Notes under the pieces: generated by a model | Seen by the model: the letters and a program-made list of their open reading frames with translations, nothing else | Told to the model about the DNA's origin: nothing | Databases searched by the model: none | Assembly: GCA_964418065.1 (NCBI GenBank) | Contig: CAYQJR010000002.1 | Span: 1-37,728, forward strand | Reading direction: 5' to 3' | From: an uncultured Candidatus Saccharibacteria bacterium | GTDB taxonomy: Bacteria; Patescibacteriota; Minisyncoccia; Phycocordibacterales; Phycocordibacteraceae | DNA: 37,728 bases | Position numbers and translations under genes: made by a program | In this document: positions 19,242 through 26,152 of the stretch, piece by piece | Layout: every line of letters begins with the position of its first letter | Numbering within the stretch: position 1 is the stretch's first letter

Positions 19242-20569
19242 GTTCCATCGTCACGCGCATCGCGCCAAGTCCTACAGGGTATCTTCACTTCGGTCTCGCG
19301 CGCACCGCGCTTTTCAGCTATCTCTTCGCGCGCAAGACAGGCGGCACATTTGTCCTGCGCATTGAGGACACTGATGCCGCACGGAATTCGCCCGAATACG
19401 AGGCCGATATTATAGAAGAGCTCGAGTGGCTCGGGCTTACGGCCGATAAGCAGTTCCGCCAATCCGACCACAAAGCACGGCACGCCGAATGCCTGCGCAT
19501 TCTGATAGAAAAAGACCTCGCGTATGAGAGCGAGGAGCCGGCAAAAGATGATTCCGGAAGAACGGTGAAGGTTGTTCGCCTGCGCAACCCGGGCACAGAT
19601 GTGGTGTTCACCGATCTTATCCGCGGCGATATCCGCTTTGATACGACGGAGCTCGGTGACTTCGTCATCGCCCGTTCGATAGACGATCCGCTCTACCATC
19701 TTGCAGTTGTTGTGGATGATGCGGATGAGAATGTCACCCATATTATCCGCGGCGAAGATCATATCTCGAATACGCCGCGGCATATTCTCCTCCAGCACGC
19801 GCTGGGCTTCAAGACGCCTGCATACGCGCATATCCCTCTTATCCTCATGCCGGACAGGAGCAAAATGTCGAAGCGTAAACACGAGAGCTCGGTCAAGCAC
19901 TACCGTGAGCAAGGGATACTGCCCGAAGCGCTTATCAATTATCTCGCGCTTCTCGGGTGGAATCCGGGAGGGGAGCAAGAATTTTATACGCTCGCCGAGC
20001 TTGTCGGGCTCTTCGACCTCTCGCGCGTGCAGAAAGGGGGCGCCATCTTCGACGAAGTGAAGCTCTTCTCCATCAATCAGCACTGGATGCGCAGACTCTC
20101 TGACGCTGAGTTCATTGCGCAAGGGAACTTTGGCTTGGATAGCGATACTCTCCGAAAAACTGTACCTCTTCTGAAAGAGCGGGCTCGTACCTTCGCCGAG
20201 GCGCGTGAGATGCTCTCGGGCGAGCTCTCCTGCCTCTTCAGCGAGCCCGCTCCAGACCGCGCGCTCCTCGTGATTAAGGAGCTCCCTAACCGCCCGGGAA
20301 TGACCAAATCGGCCCTAGAAAGCCTCTTGGAGGCCATACAAGCCCTTCCCGAGGGTCTATCCGCAGAAGCGGTAAAGGAAGCCTTGATGCCGCTTGCAAA
20401 CGCCGAGGAGGAAAGAGGGAAGGGAGGTCGTGGCGCGGTCCTCTGGCCGCTAAGGTACGCACTCTCCGGTGAAGAGCGGTCTCCTGACCCTTTCACGCTT
20501 ATAGCGATTCTCGGGAGGGAAGCGGCGGCCGCGCGCGTACAGAGGGCAATTGGTATACTGGGGGAATGA
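19238..20569 (+). CDS. gltX: Glutamyl-tRNA synthetase
   Basis: RIAPSPTGYLHFG (HIGH region) and KMSKR motifs. 443 aa. ATGA overlap with murG. Confidence 0.93.
   Translation: MSSIVTRIAPSPTGYLHFGLARTALFSYLFARKTGGTFVLRIEDTDAARNSPEYEADIIEELEWLGLTADKQFRQSDHKARHAECLRILIEKDLAYESEEPAKDDSGRTVKVVRLRNPGTDVVFTDLIRGDIRFDTTELGDFVIARSIDDPLYHLAVVVDDADENVTHIIRGEDHISNTPRHILLQHALGFKTPAYAHIPLILMPDRSKMSKRKHESSVKHYREQGILPEALINYLALLGWNPGGEQEFYTLAELVGLFDLSRVQKGGAIFDEVKLFSINQHWMRRLSDAEFIAQGNFGLDSDTLRKTVPLLKERARTFAEAREMLSGELSCLFSEPAPDRALLVIKELPNRPGMTKSALESLLEAIQALPEGLSAEAVKEALMPLANAEEERGKGGRGAVLWPLRYALSGEERSPDPFTLIAILGREAAAARVQRAIGILGE
20554..20559 (+). promoter_or_regulatory. -10-like box TATACT, 6 nt upstream of ATG 20566
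   Basis: TATACT-GGGGGA-ATG, inside the 3' end of gltX. The G-run could instead act as an SD. Confidence 0.3.
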
Positions 20570-21813
20570 CGCGCATTGGACTTTCCCTCTGCCTACTCAT
20601 CCTGTGCGTAGGGGTGCCTCTTGTCTCTGCCGACACGGTGTCGGATATTCAAGCGCAGATTGATACGAATAACCGCCAACTTGAGGCCTTAAGGGCGGAG
20701 ATCGCCGCGTACCAGAAGCAACTTGATACTCTCGCAGTAGAGAAGAACACCCTCCAGTCAACAGTGAATTCCCTTGCGCTGTCGCAGAAACAGCTGGCCA
20801 CGCAGATACAGGCGACGCAGAATAAAATATCTTCGGCAAACTTGAAGATACGGGAACTCTCCAATTCTATCGGGGACAAGGAGACCCTGATTGCCGCCGA
20901 TCAGAATGCCATCGCCAAGGCACTGCGCATTATGGCGGAGGGCGAGCGCCAACCGCTCATCGCCCAGCTCATCTCCTCGCGCTCGCTCGGCGATGCATGG
21001 CAAGCGGCCGAATCAATGATTCAGTTCAACCGTGCGCTCGGTGAGGATGTTAAAGAACTGCAGACTGTGCGGACCGAGCTCGCAAGCGATCGCGATGATG
21101 TGACGGACGCGAAGGAAAAGCTCGTCTCGCTCCAGAGCGAACTTTCGCTGCAGAAGAAATCTACCGACCTCCAGAAAGCGGCTCAGCAGAAACTCCTAAT
21201 CGATACGAAGAGCCAGGAGAGCGCGTACCAGAAGATTGTCGCGAGCAAGAAAGCCGAGCAGGCCGCGTTTGAGTCGGCGCTCTTTGAGCTTGAGTCACAG
21301 CTTAAGTATGTGCTGGACCCGAGCAGCATCCCTCCCGCAGGCAAGGGGGTGTTGCGCTGGCCGCTCACGAGTGTCTCTATCACGCAAGAATTCGGCAAGA
21401 CGTCCTCATCGCAACGGCTCTATGTCTCCGGAACTCACAACGGGGTAGACTTCAAGGCACCCATCGGTACGCCGGTCTACGCGGCGCTCACCGGAACAGT
21501 GATGGCGACCAATCTCGGCGCGGTAGCTAACTGCCAGTACGGAAAGTGGGTGCTTATTAAACACCTGAACGGTCTTGCCACGCTCTATGCCCACCTCTCC
21601 GAAGTCAGCGTACAGCAGGGGAGTACCGTCACGACCGGTCAGGTCATCGGCTTCGCCGGAAATACCGGCTATGCCATCGGCCCGCACCTGCACTTCACGG
21701 TGTATATCGCTGAGGCAATCTCCTTCAAGAACTACACCTGCTGGAACAAGGCTGTCGTGAACATCCCCATCGCTCCGACAAACGCATATCTCAACCCGCT
21801 TTTGTATCTCTAG
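20566..21813 (+). CDS. M23 family metallopeptidase with N-terminal coiled coil (EnvC-like)
   Basis: Signal peptide, about 230 aa of Q/L/E-rich coiled coil, then the M23 motifs HNGVDF and GPHLHFTV. Confidence 0.85.
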   Translation: MTRIGLSLCLLILCVGVPLVSADTVSDIQAQIDTNNRQLEALRAEIAAYQKQLDTLAVEKNTLQSTVNSLALSQKQLATQIQATQNKISSANLKIRELSNSIGDKETLIAADQNAIAKALRIMAEGERQPLIAQLISSRSLGDAWQAAESMIQFNRALGEDVKELQTVRTELASDRDDVTDAKEKLVSLQSELSLQKKSTDLQKAAQQKLLIDTKSQESAYQKIVASKKAEQAAFESALFELESQLKYVLDPSSIPPAGKGVLRWPLTSVSITQEFGKTSSSQRLYVSGTHNGVDFKAPIGTPVYAALTGTVMATNLGAVANCQYGKWVLIKHLNGLATLYAHLSEVSVQQGSTVTTGQVIGFAGNTGYAIGPHLHFTVYIAEAISFKNYTCWNKAVVNIPIAPTNAYLNPLLYL

Positions 21814-22417
21814 AGCGCCAGAGAAGAAGCGATGCGTAGGTGCGGTAAGGAGACCACTTCTCCGCTATGGCGAGTAGGGAAGTGCGCGGGGCGCCTTTAG
21901 GCAGGTTATAGATACTCTCTATCGCGCGAATAAGTCCGAGATCGCCCGCCGAGAATACATCGGCGCGCCCAAGCGTATTCATCATAAACATCTCTACCGA
22001 CCATGGGCCGAGCCCCCATATCTGAATCAACTGCTCTGCAGCCTCTGTTTCTGGGATAGATTTCAGCGCAAGGAGTTTGAGCTTCTTATTCTTCACTGCA
22101 GTTGCAATCGCCTTAATCGTCTTCACCTTCGCGCCCGAGAGACCGGCGGCGCGCAGTCTCGTGGGTCGAGTCTTCAGAATCGCTTCTGGGGTTATCCGCT
22201 CTTCACAAACCCCCTTCACGCGGGCGAAGATGCTCCGCACGGCCGCAGTCCCGAGCTGCTGCGCGACAACAATGCGCACTAAGGACTGAAAAAGCGCCTG
22301 CTCGCCGCGCTTCTCGGGAAGCGTCTCGGGTAGGGAAGGATGATGCGCCCTTGTCGCTCTATAGAAGTGCGGGTCAACTCGCCTGAAATGCTTCAGCGCG
22401 TCCTTGGAGCGTGACAT
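21791..22417 (-). CDS. HhH-GPD DNA glycosylase (AlkA-like 3-methyladenine DNA glycosylase II)
   Basis: 208 aa. GLGPWSVEMF helix-hairpin-helix motif plus the downstream AGDLGL Asp. The 3' end overlaps the M23 gene by 23 nt (convergent). Confidence 0.75.
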   Translation of the reverse strand: MSRSKDALKHFRRVDPHFYRATRAHHPSLPETLPEKRGEQALFQSLVRIVVAQQLGTAAVRSIFARVKGVCEERITPEAILKTRPTRLRAAGLSGAKVKTIKAIATAVKNKKLKLLALKSIPETEAAEQLIQIWGLGPWSVEMFMMNTLGRADVFSAGDLGLIRAIESIYNLPKGAPRTSLLAIAEKWSPYRTYASLLLWRSRDTKAG

Positions 22418-22450
22418 GCCCCAGATACTAGCACCCGCCTGAGCTCGTTG

Positions 22451-22456
22451 TATAAT
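22451..22456 (+). promoter_or_regulatory. Perfect TATAAT, 6 nt upstream of ATG 22463
   Basis: TTGTATAAT-GCGCCT-ATG. No SD in the gap. Confidence 0.45.
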
Positions 22457-22462
22457 GCGCCT

Positions 22463-22666
22463 ATGGCACTCGTATCGCTGCTGCGACTCCTGTTCTGGAT
22501 TGGCATCCTCTTCCTCGCCCTGTCATTCTTCGGCATCTCAATTCAGTCCATTGTCAATTCTCCCATTGGCCAAGCGAATCTCACCTATCTCTCCGACCTC
22601 GTTGCGCCGGTAGCGCAGTTCATCACCGAGCTCTGGCTCTCTGCAACCGAGTGGGTTCGTCCGTAG
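22463..22666 (+). CDS. Hypothetical small membrane protein (67 aa)
   Basis: ATG at 22463 (MALVSLLRLLFWIGILFLALSFFGI...). The track ORF starts at a TTG that overlaps the -10 box. Confidence 0.5.
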   Translation: MALVSLLRLLFWIGILFLALSFFGISIQSIVNSPIGQANLTYLSDLVAPVAQFITELWLSATEWVRP

Positions 22667-22692
22667 CATCCTCATTTGTCTCATAATCCTCT

Positions 22693-22893
22693 ATGGAAAG
22701 AATCCGAAGACATCTGGAAACAAGAAAAGCCTTTAATACAATGTCTCCTGAGCAGATTCGCTTGACCGAGAATAGAATAATGACCTTCGGTCTTGGCCCA
22801 GAGAACTTTGTAGAGAGCGAGGGCTATTCTGGGTATTCATTTGATGAAAAGAGAGAGAGGCCGCTGGTATCAAGGAAGCGTTGGCAACTCTAA
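22693..22893 (+). CDS. Hypothetical protein (66 aa), possibly the 5' part of a frameshifted gene
   Basis: ATG preceded by CATAAT, 5 nt upstream. Low GC. Overlaps the next ORF by 13 nt. A GAGAGAGAG run lies at 22851-22859. Confidence 0.4.
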   Translation: MERIRRHLETRKAFNTMSPEQIRLTENRIMTFGLGPENFVESEGYSGYSFDEKRERPLVSRKRWQL

Positions 22894-23267
22894 ATGATGT
22901 TGATTTGGAAGCACTGCTCGGCGAACTCCTTATGTACAAGACCTATCTCTCTTCTCAGGTTGGGAAATTGGCCGCGTTCGAGGGGAAGAAACCAACTCTC
23001 GAGAAAGATAATGTAGCTCACTTTGGCATTGCGCAAAGAGTTGGATTTCTTCAGAAAGCCATTGTTGAGGAGGAAAAGAAACGAAAGCTTGGGTTCTGGA
23101 AGGCTTTGTTATTGATGCCTAAAGCTCTGGAACGGACAAAAGAAATACGAAACGAGGTGGAGAGTGTGCGTCTAAGTAAAGAGATGGAGGATAAGGCGAG
23201 CCGGTTACTCGGAGATCAATACTTGGAAAATTCACTAGAAGCTGCGGATGATAATGATAAAAAATGA
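22881..23267 (+). CDS. Hypothetical protein (128 aa from TTG; first ATG at 22932)
   Basis: Lys/Glu-rich helical ORF in the low-GC island. The start is uncertain. No family recognised. Confidence 0.4.
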   Translation: MATLNDVDLEALLGELLMYKTYLSSQVGKLAAFEGKKPTLEKDNVAHFGIAQRVGFLQKAIVEEEKKRKLGFWKALLLMPKALERTKEIRNEVESVRLSKEMEDKASRLLGDQYLENSLEAADDNDKK

Positions 23268-23293
23268 AAAGAACCCTCCTCAAGGGTCCTTCG

Positions 23294-23446
23294 TTAAGCA
23301 CGATTTTCAGGAAGTGGTGAGCTCGGTGGTCTGAACTCGTGCTGTTCTGAACGGTCTTCTTGTGAAGCGTAGAAGTAGCGTGCCGGCGTGACTGTCCATA
23401 AGTTCACCGGCCCGAAGTAGAGTGCTGGCCAGATGTCCTTATTCAC
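23294..23446 (-). CDS. Hypothetical small protein (50 aa, below the track cutoff)
   Basis: Hand translation: GTG start with AAAGGA 6 nt upstream, giving (M)NKDIWPALYFGPVNLWTVTPARYFYASQEDRSEQHEFRPPSSPLPENRA. The stop is followed on the minus strand by an imperfect hairpin (GGACCCTT / AGGGTTCT, one mismatch) plus TTTTCATTTTTT. Confidence 0.3.
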   Translation of the reverse strand: MNKDIWPALYFGPVNLWTVTPARYFYASQEDRSEQHEFRPPSSPLPENRA

Positions 23447-23553
23447 GGTATTCCTTTCTCAACAGGTCCACCTCCGATTCTAAACCCTCCACGCCCAACA
23501 GGGTAGATGTTGATAAACTATACTTTCTACGCTACCTTAAAGTTAAGGAAGCA

Positions 23554-23685
23554 ATGATTTTGATTCTACCATTATTGATACTCGGAGCCATCATTGCGTG
23601 TTTTATGATTAACCTGTGGCTGGGTATTCTTGTGGTATGCGCAGCGGGTATTTGGCTAATCCTAGACTACTACCAACTTCTCTAG
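23554..23685 (+). CDS. Hypothetical two-helix hydrophobic peptide (43 aa)
   Basis: Internal ATG of the 87-aa track ORF, preceded by AAGGAA 4 nt upstream. Sequence: MILILPLLILGAIIACFMINLWLGILVVCAAGIWLILDYYQLL. Confidence 0.35.
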   Translation: MILILPLLILGAIIACFMINLWLGILVVCAAGIWLILDYYQLL

Positions 23686-23712
23686 ATCTAGGAAGGGAAG
23701 CTGCTACATCTT

Positions 23713-23874
23713 ATGGCAAACAATGAAAAAACATCAAAGAAAATAACAAGGTTGGCTGCGAAGCTCATGACCGTAACCAAGAAAGATCAGTTCACTCTCA
23801 AAGAGATGAAAAGTGTAATAGCCTCAGCTTTTACGCAAGCTCCCGACAGAAGGAGGAAGAAGGCAAGAGCTTAA
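23713..23874 (+). CDS. Hypothetical small basic protein (53 aa, below the track cutoff)
   Basis: Hand translation: MANNEKTSKKITRLAAKLMTVTKKDQFTLKEMKSVIASAFTQAPDRRRKKARA. Only a weak purine-rich stretch lies upstream. Confidence 0.25.
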   Translation: MANNEKTSKKITRLAAKLMTVTKKDQFTLKEMKSVIASAFTQAPDRRRKKARA

Positions 23875-23917
23875 ATAAGAAATCTCGGCTGACCGAGTTC
23901 CCGGCAGGGAAGAGAGG

Positions 23918-24373
23918 TTAAATCTTCGTTAACTCGAAGATATCTTTCCTCTTACGGAACTTGACGTCAAAGTACTCAAAAAAGCCTTTCTGGCCTAACA
24001 ACACAGGATACGGGAGTTTATCGGCAAATATTACTGGCACATTAAACACTTCGTCGAATCCCCCGAACTTTGCCTGCAGTGTATATGCAAAACCTATGGA
24101 GTCTGGAACACCGCCCAGTCTTTGTCCAACACCTCGTAAATATACTTTTCGGCACGTATTAGAGGATATAAACAATTCCTTAGCAATCTCTGAATCTATG
24201 AGGGTAGCGTCGGTACCTGAATCAATTAGGCCAACCAAATCTATAGTGGTGGCGGGAGCAATGAACTTTACATCGAGAAAAGGCCTAGGACTGTCAATCG
24301 TTCCACCCTCTAAAAAGAGGGATTGGCTGGTATATGAATACACCTTTGGCTCCATCGGCCAATTATAAGACAC
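23918..24373 (-). CDS. Retropepsin-like (clan AA) aspartic protease
   Basis: 151 aa from GTG 24373 (145 aa from ATG 24355). Contains VGLIDSGTDATLID with the D-S/T-G-T/A catalytic signature after a hydrophobic strand, and a later VLLGQKGFF (ILG-like) element. The single-lobe size fits a homodimeric retropepsin fold. Confidence 0.7.
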   Translation of the reverse strand: MSYNWPMEPKVYSYTSQSLFLEGGTIDSPRPFLDVKFIAPATTIDLVGLIDSGTDATLIDSEIAKELFISSNTCRKVYLRGVGQRLGGVPDSIGFAYTLQAKFGGFDEVFNVPVIFADKLPYPVLLGQKGFFEYFDVKFRKRKDIFELTKI

Positions 24374-24375
24374 TC

Positions 24376-24540
24376 TTAGAACGCGTACACCCTATCTGGG
24401 GAAAGTACTTTTGTATAAACAGCGTCCGTTTTACCTATCTGTTGTCGAAGAGAGGATAGATTGTCCGAAAGACCGAGTACCTTATTGTCTCTGGAGAGCG
24501 CAACCCATTTACCTTCGTTTTCCTTGCAGGAAACTTTCAT
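24376..24540 (-). CDS. Hypothetical 54-aa protein translationally coupled to the protease (DUF5678-like by recollection)
   Basis: Hand translation: MKVSCKENEGKWVALSRDNKVLGLSDNLSSLRQQIGKTDAVYTKVLSPDRVYAF. Its stop lies 2 nt before the protease GTG. TATAAT lies 9 nt upstream of its ATG. The GKWVA...KV pattern resembles small proteins I recall next to prokaryotic clan AA proteases. Confidence 0.45.
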   Translation of the reverse strand: MKVSCKENEGKWVALSRDNKVLGLSDNLSSLRQQIGKTDAVYTKVLSPDRVYAF

Positions 24541-24549
24541 AGACTGAAT

Positions 24550-24588
24550 ATTATAAATATATAGGACTGAAATACGAATGAGGTCCTA
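24550..24588 (-). promoter_or_regulatory. Promoter/operator candidate for the small-protein/protease pair
   Basis: Minus-strand TATAAT (plus coordinates 24550-24555), 9 nt from the ATG. Inverted repeat TAGGAC-N15-GTCCTA at 24562-24588, covering the -35 region. Confidence 0.4.
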
Positions 24589-24715
24589 AATGGGGATAAG
24601 ATGGAGTACTGGGCTCAATATACCAGCAAGCTCGTACCTTCTGTATTAGTGCGCAAAAGATATATTGTGCGTACTATAGCCACAGAGGTCCCCCACCGAG
24701 AGAGACTCCTAATAA

Positions 24716-25468
24716 TTAGCAAGAGACATTCTTGATGATGTACTCGTATGCCTCGTCAATTGAATCCACGAGCGTGTACAGCTTCATATCTGCCTTATCA
24801 ATAGCCGCGTACTTCTCATACAGCGTCTTTTCTATAAAACTCAGGAGCGGCTCCCAGTATCCCCGCCCGACAAGCACAATGGGCACAGCTCGCAGCTTCT
24901 TGGTCTGTACGAGCGTCACAATTTCAAAGAACTCGTCCAGAGTGCCAAATCCTCCTGGGAAGTAGACATACACCTCAGAGGCGTAGGTCAACATCACCTT
25001 GCGCACGAAGAAGTGATCAAAGACGAATTTCTCGGTGAGATAAGGATTGTAGTTCTGGGCTTCCGACAAGTTGATGTTGAGGCCGACTGATGCGCCGCCG
25101 GCATCAAATGCGCCCTTATTTGCCGCCTGCATGATACCGGCGCTACCGCCGGTGACAATGGCGAACCCTTTATGCGAGAGTCGGCGCGCGAGCTCTTCGG
25201 CACCCACATAGGAATCATCATGGAGCGTTGGGCGCGAACTGCCGAAGAAGCTGGCGGCAAGGCCGTAACGACGGATGACATCAAATCCCTCAATGAACTC
25301 CGACATTATCTTGAAAATGCGCCACGATTCTACCTTGCGAGGCTTACAGACAAGGAGCGGGCGGTCCTCGGGCTGGGTCCGTCCGCCTTCGTGAATGACT
25401 TTAGTGAGTTTCTCGGTAGATTCGTGGAGCACAGGGCGCGGTACATCGAGCGTAAGATTATCGTTCAT
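24716..25468 (-). CDS. LOG family protein (TIGR00730-type; cytokinin riboside 5'-monophosphate phosphoribohydrolase-like)
   Basis: 250 aa. VTGGSAGIM and PGGFGTLDE motifs typical of the LOG / lysine-decarboxylase-like family. Confidence 0.85.
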   Translation of the reverse strand: MNDNLTLDVPRPVLHESTEKLTKVIHEGGRTQPEDRPLLVCKPRKVESWRIFKIMSEFIEGFDVIRRYGLAASFFGSSRPTLHDDSYVGAEELARRLSHKGFAIVTGGSAGIMQAANKGAFDAGGASVGLNINLSEAQNYNPYLTEKFVFDHFFVRKVMLTYASEVYVYFPGGFGTLDEFFEIVTLVQTKKLRAVPIVLVGRGYWEPLLSFIEKTLYEKYAAIDKADMKLYTLVDSIDEAYEYIIKNVSC

Positions 25469-25491
25469 AGCGATGATTCTATTCTAACAGA

Positions 25492-25860
25492 CTAAAGTCC
25501 CTTGCAATTCACCGCCGGAGTATAACCGGCCGCCGCGGCGGCGGCGGCTGACGCGAACCACACTTTATTTGCAGCAGCTATCCTGTCCGCCCCGGCACAG
25601 TCCGGAAGATAATATTTCGTGCCATTCTTTGACGCCACAACTTGCCCTGCTTGCGGTGCGCCCGCCGAGTCGGCAAGCGGGAGTGCAGTGGGAGGCACTT
25701 CCAGCGCTATCTCACTCCCCTGCCCCATATCTTTCCCTGCGAGAAGCCCGAGCCCAAAGCTGGCTGAAGAAGCAGCCACAAGAATCAAAAGTATGGCGCC
25801 ATCCCGCGGGATTCTAGCGAGCAGAGCTTTGCATTTCTTGCGGACTTCTGCTATAGTCAT
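25492..25860 (-). CDS. Membrane-anchored protein with a C-terminal KYYLPDC...GYTP..C motif (Ada-like / sunset-type domain)
   Basis: 122 aa. One TM helix (ILLILVAASSASFGLGLLA) and a C-terminal GTKYYLPDCAGADRIAAANKVWFAS...AGYTPAVNC. Assignment is from memory of the motif. Confidence 0.5.
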   Translation of the reverse strand: MTIAEVRKKCKALLARIPRDGAILLILVAASSASFGLGLLAGKDMGQGSEIALEVPPTALPLADSAGAPQAGQVVASKNGTKYYLPDCAGADRIAAANKVWFASAAAAAAAGYTPAVNCKGL

Positions 25861-25879
25861 CAGGTAAAACTATACCACT

Positions 25880-26152
25880 ATGGCATCAACCAAGGCCGGA
25901 GGCTCAGCTAAAAACCTTAATACTTCCAACCCGAAATATCTCGGAGTTAAGCTCGCCGACGGCGATGCTGCCCGCCCCGGCATGGTGATTGTGCGGCAGC
26001 GCGGCACCAAGATTGAGGCCGGAAAGAATGTCCGCGTCGGCCGCGACCACACGCTCTTCTCCATCGCCACCGGCACCGTCAACTTCCGCACCCGCCGCAA
26101 GACCAGCTTCACCGGCCGCATAATGCAAAAGAAAGTCGTTGACGTCGTCTAA
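25880..26152 (+). CDS. rpmA: 50S ribosomal protein L27
   Basis: 90 aa. KAGGS, IVRQRGTK and GRDHTLF motifs. Confidence 0.93.
   Translation: MASTKAGGSAKNLNTSNPKYLGVKLADGDAARPGMVIVRQRGTKIEAGKNVRVGRDHTLFSIATGTVNFRTRRKTSFTGRIMQKKVVDVV

Noticed and set aside
19229-20122. 297-aa minus-strand ORF
   Set aside because: It is antisense to gltX, which has HIGH and KMSKS motifs on the plus strand.
23119-23301. 60-aa minus-strand ORF
   Set aside because: It overlaps the 3' end of plus ORF 22881-23267 and runs through the hairpin. No RBS.
23961-24368. 135-aa plus-strand ORF
   Set aside because: It is antisense to the retropepsin-like ORF, which has a catalytic DSGT motif and operon context. The plus-frame product has no features.
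24541-24715. 175-nt intergenic region considered as a possible ncRNA
   Set aside because: Only short, imperfect stems were seen, for example AGTGCGCA...TGCGTACT with one mismatch. There is no terminator-like T-run and no recognisable RNA family. It is better explained as the promoter/operator region of the protease pair plus the 3' flank of the LOG gene.
25526-25550. GCC/GCG trinucleotide-rich tract
   Set aside because: It is explained as the poly-Ala coding stretch of minus-strand ORF 25492-25860, not an independent repeat element. A similar (GCC)n at about 15477-15490 encodes AAAAA within the DD-carboxypeptidase.
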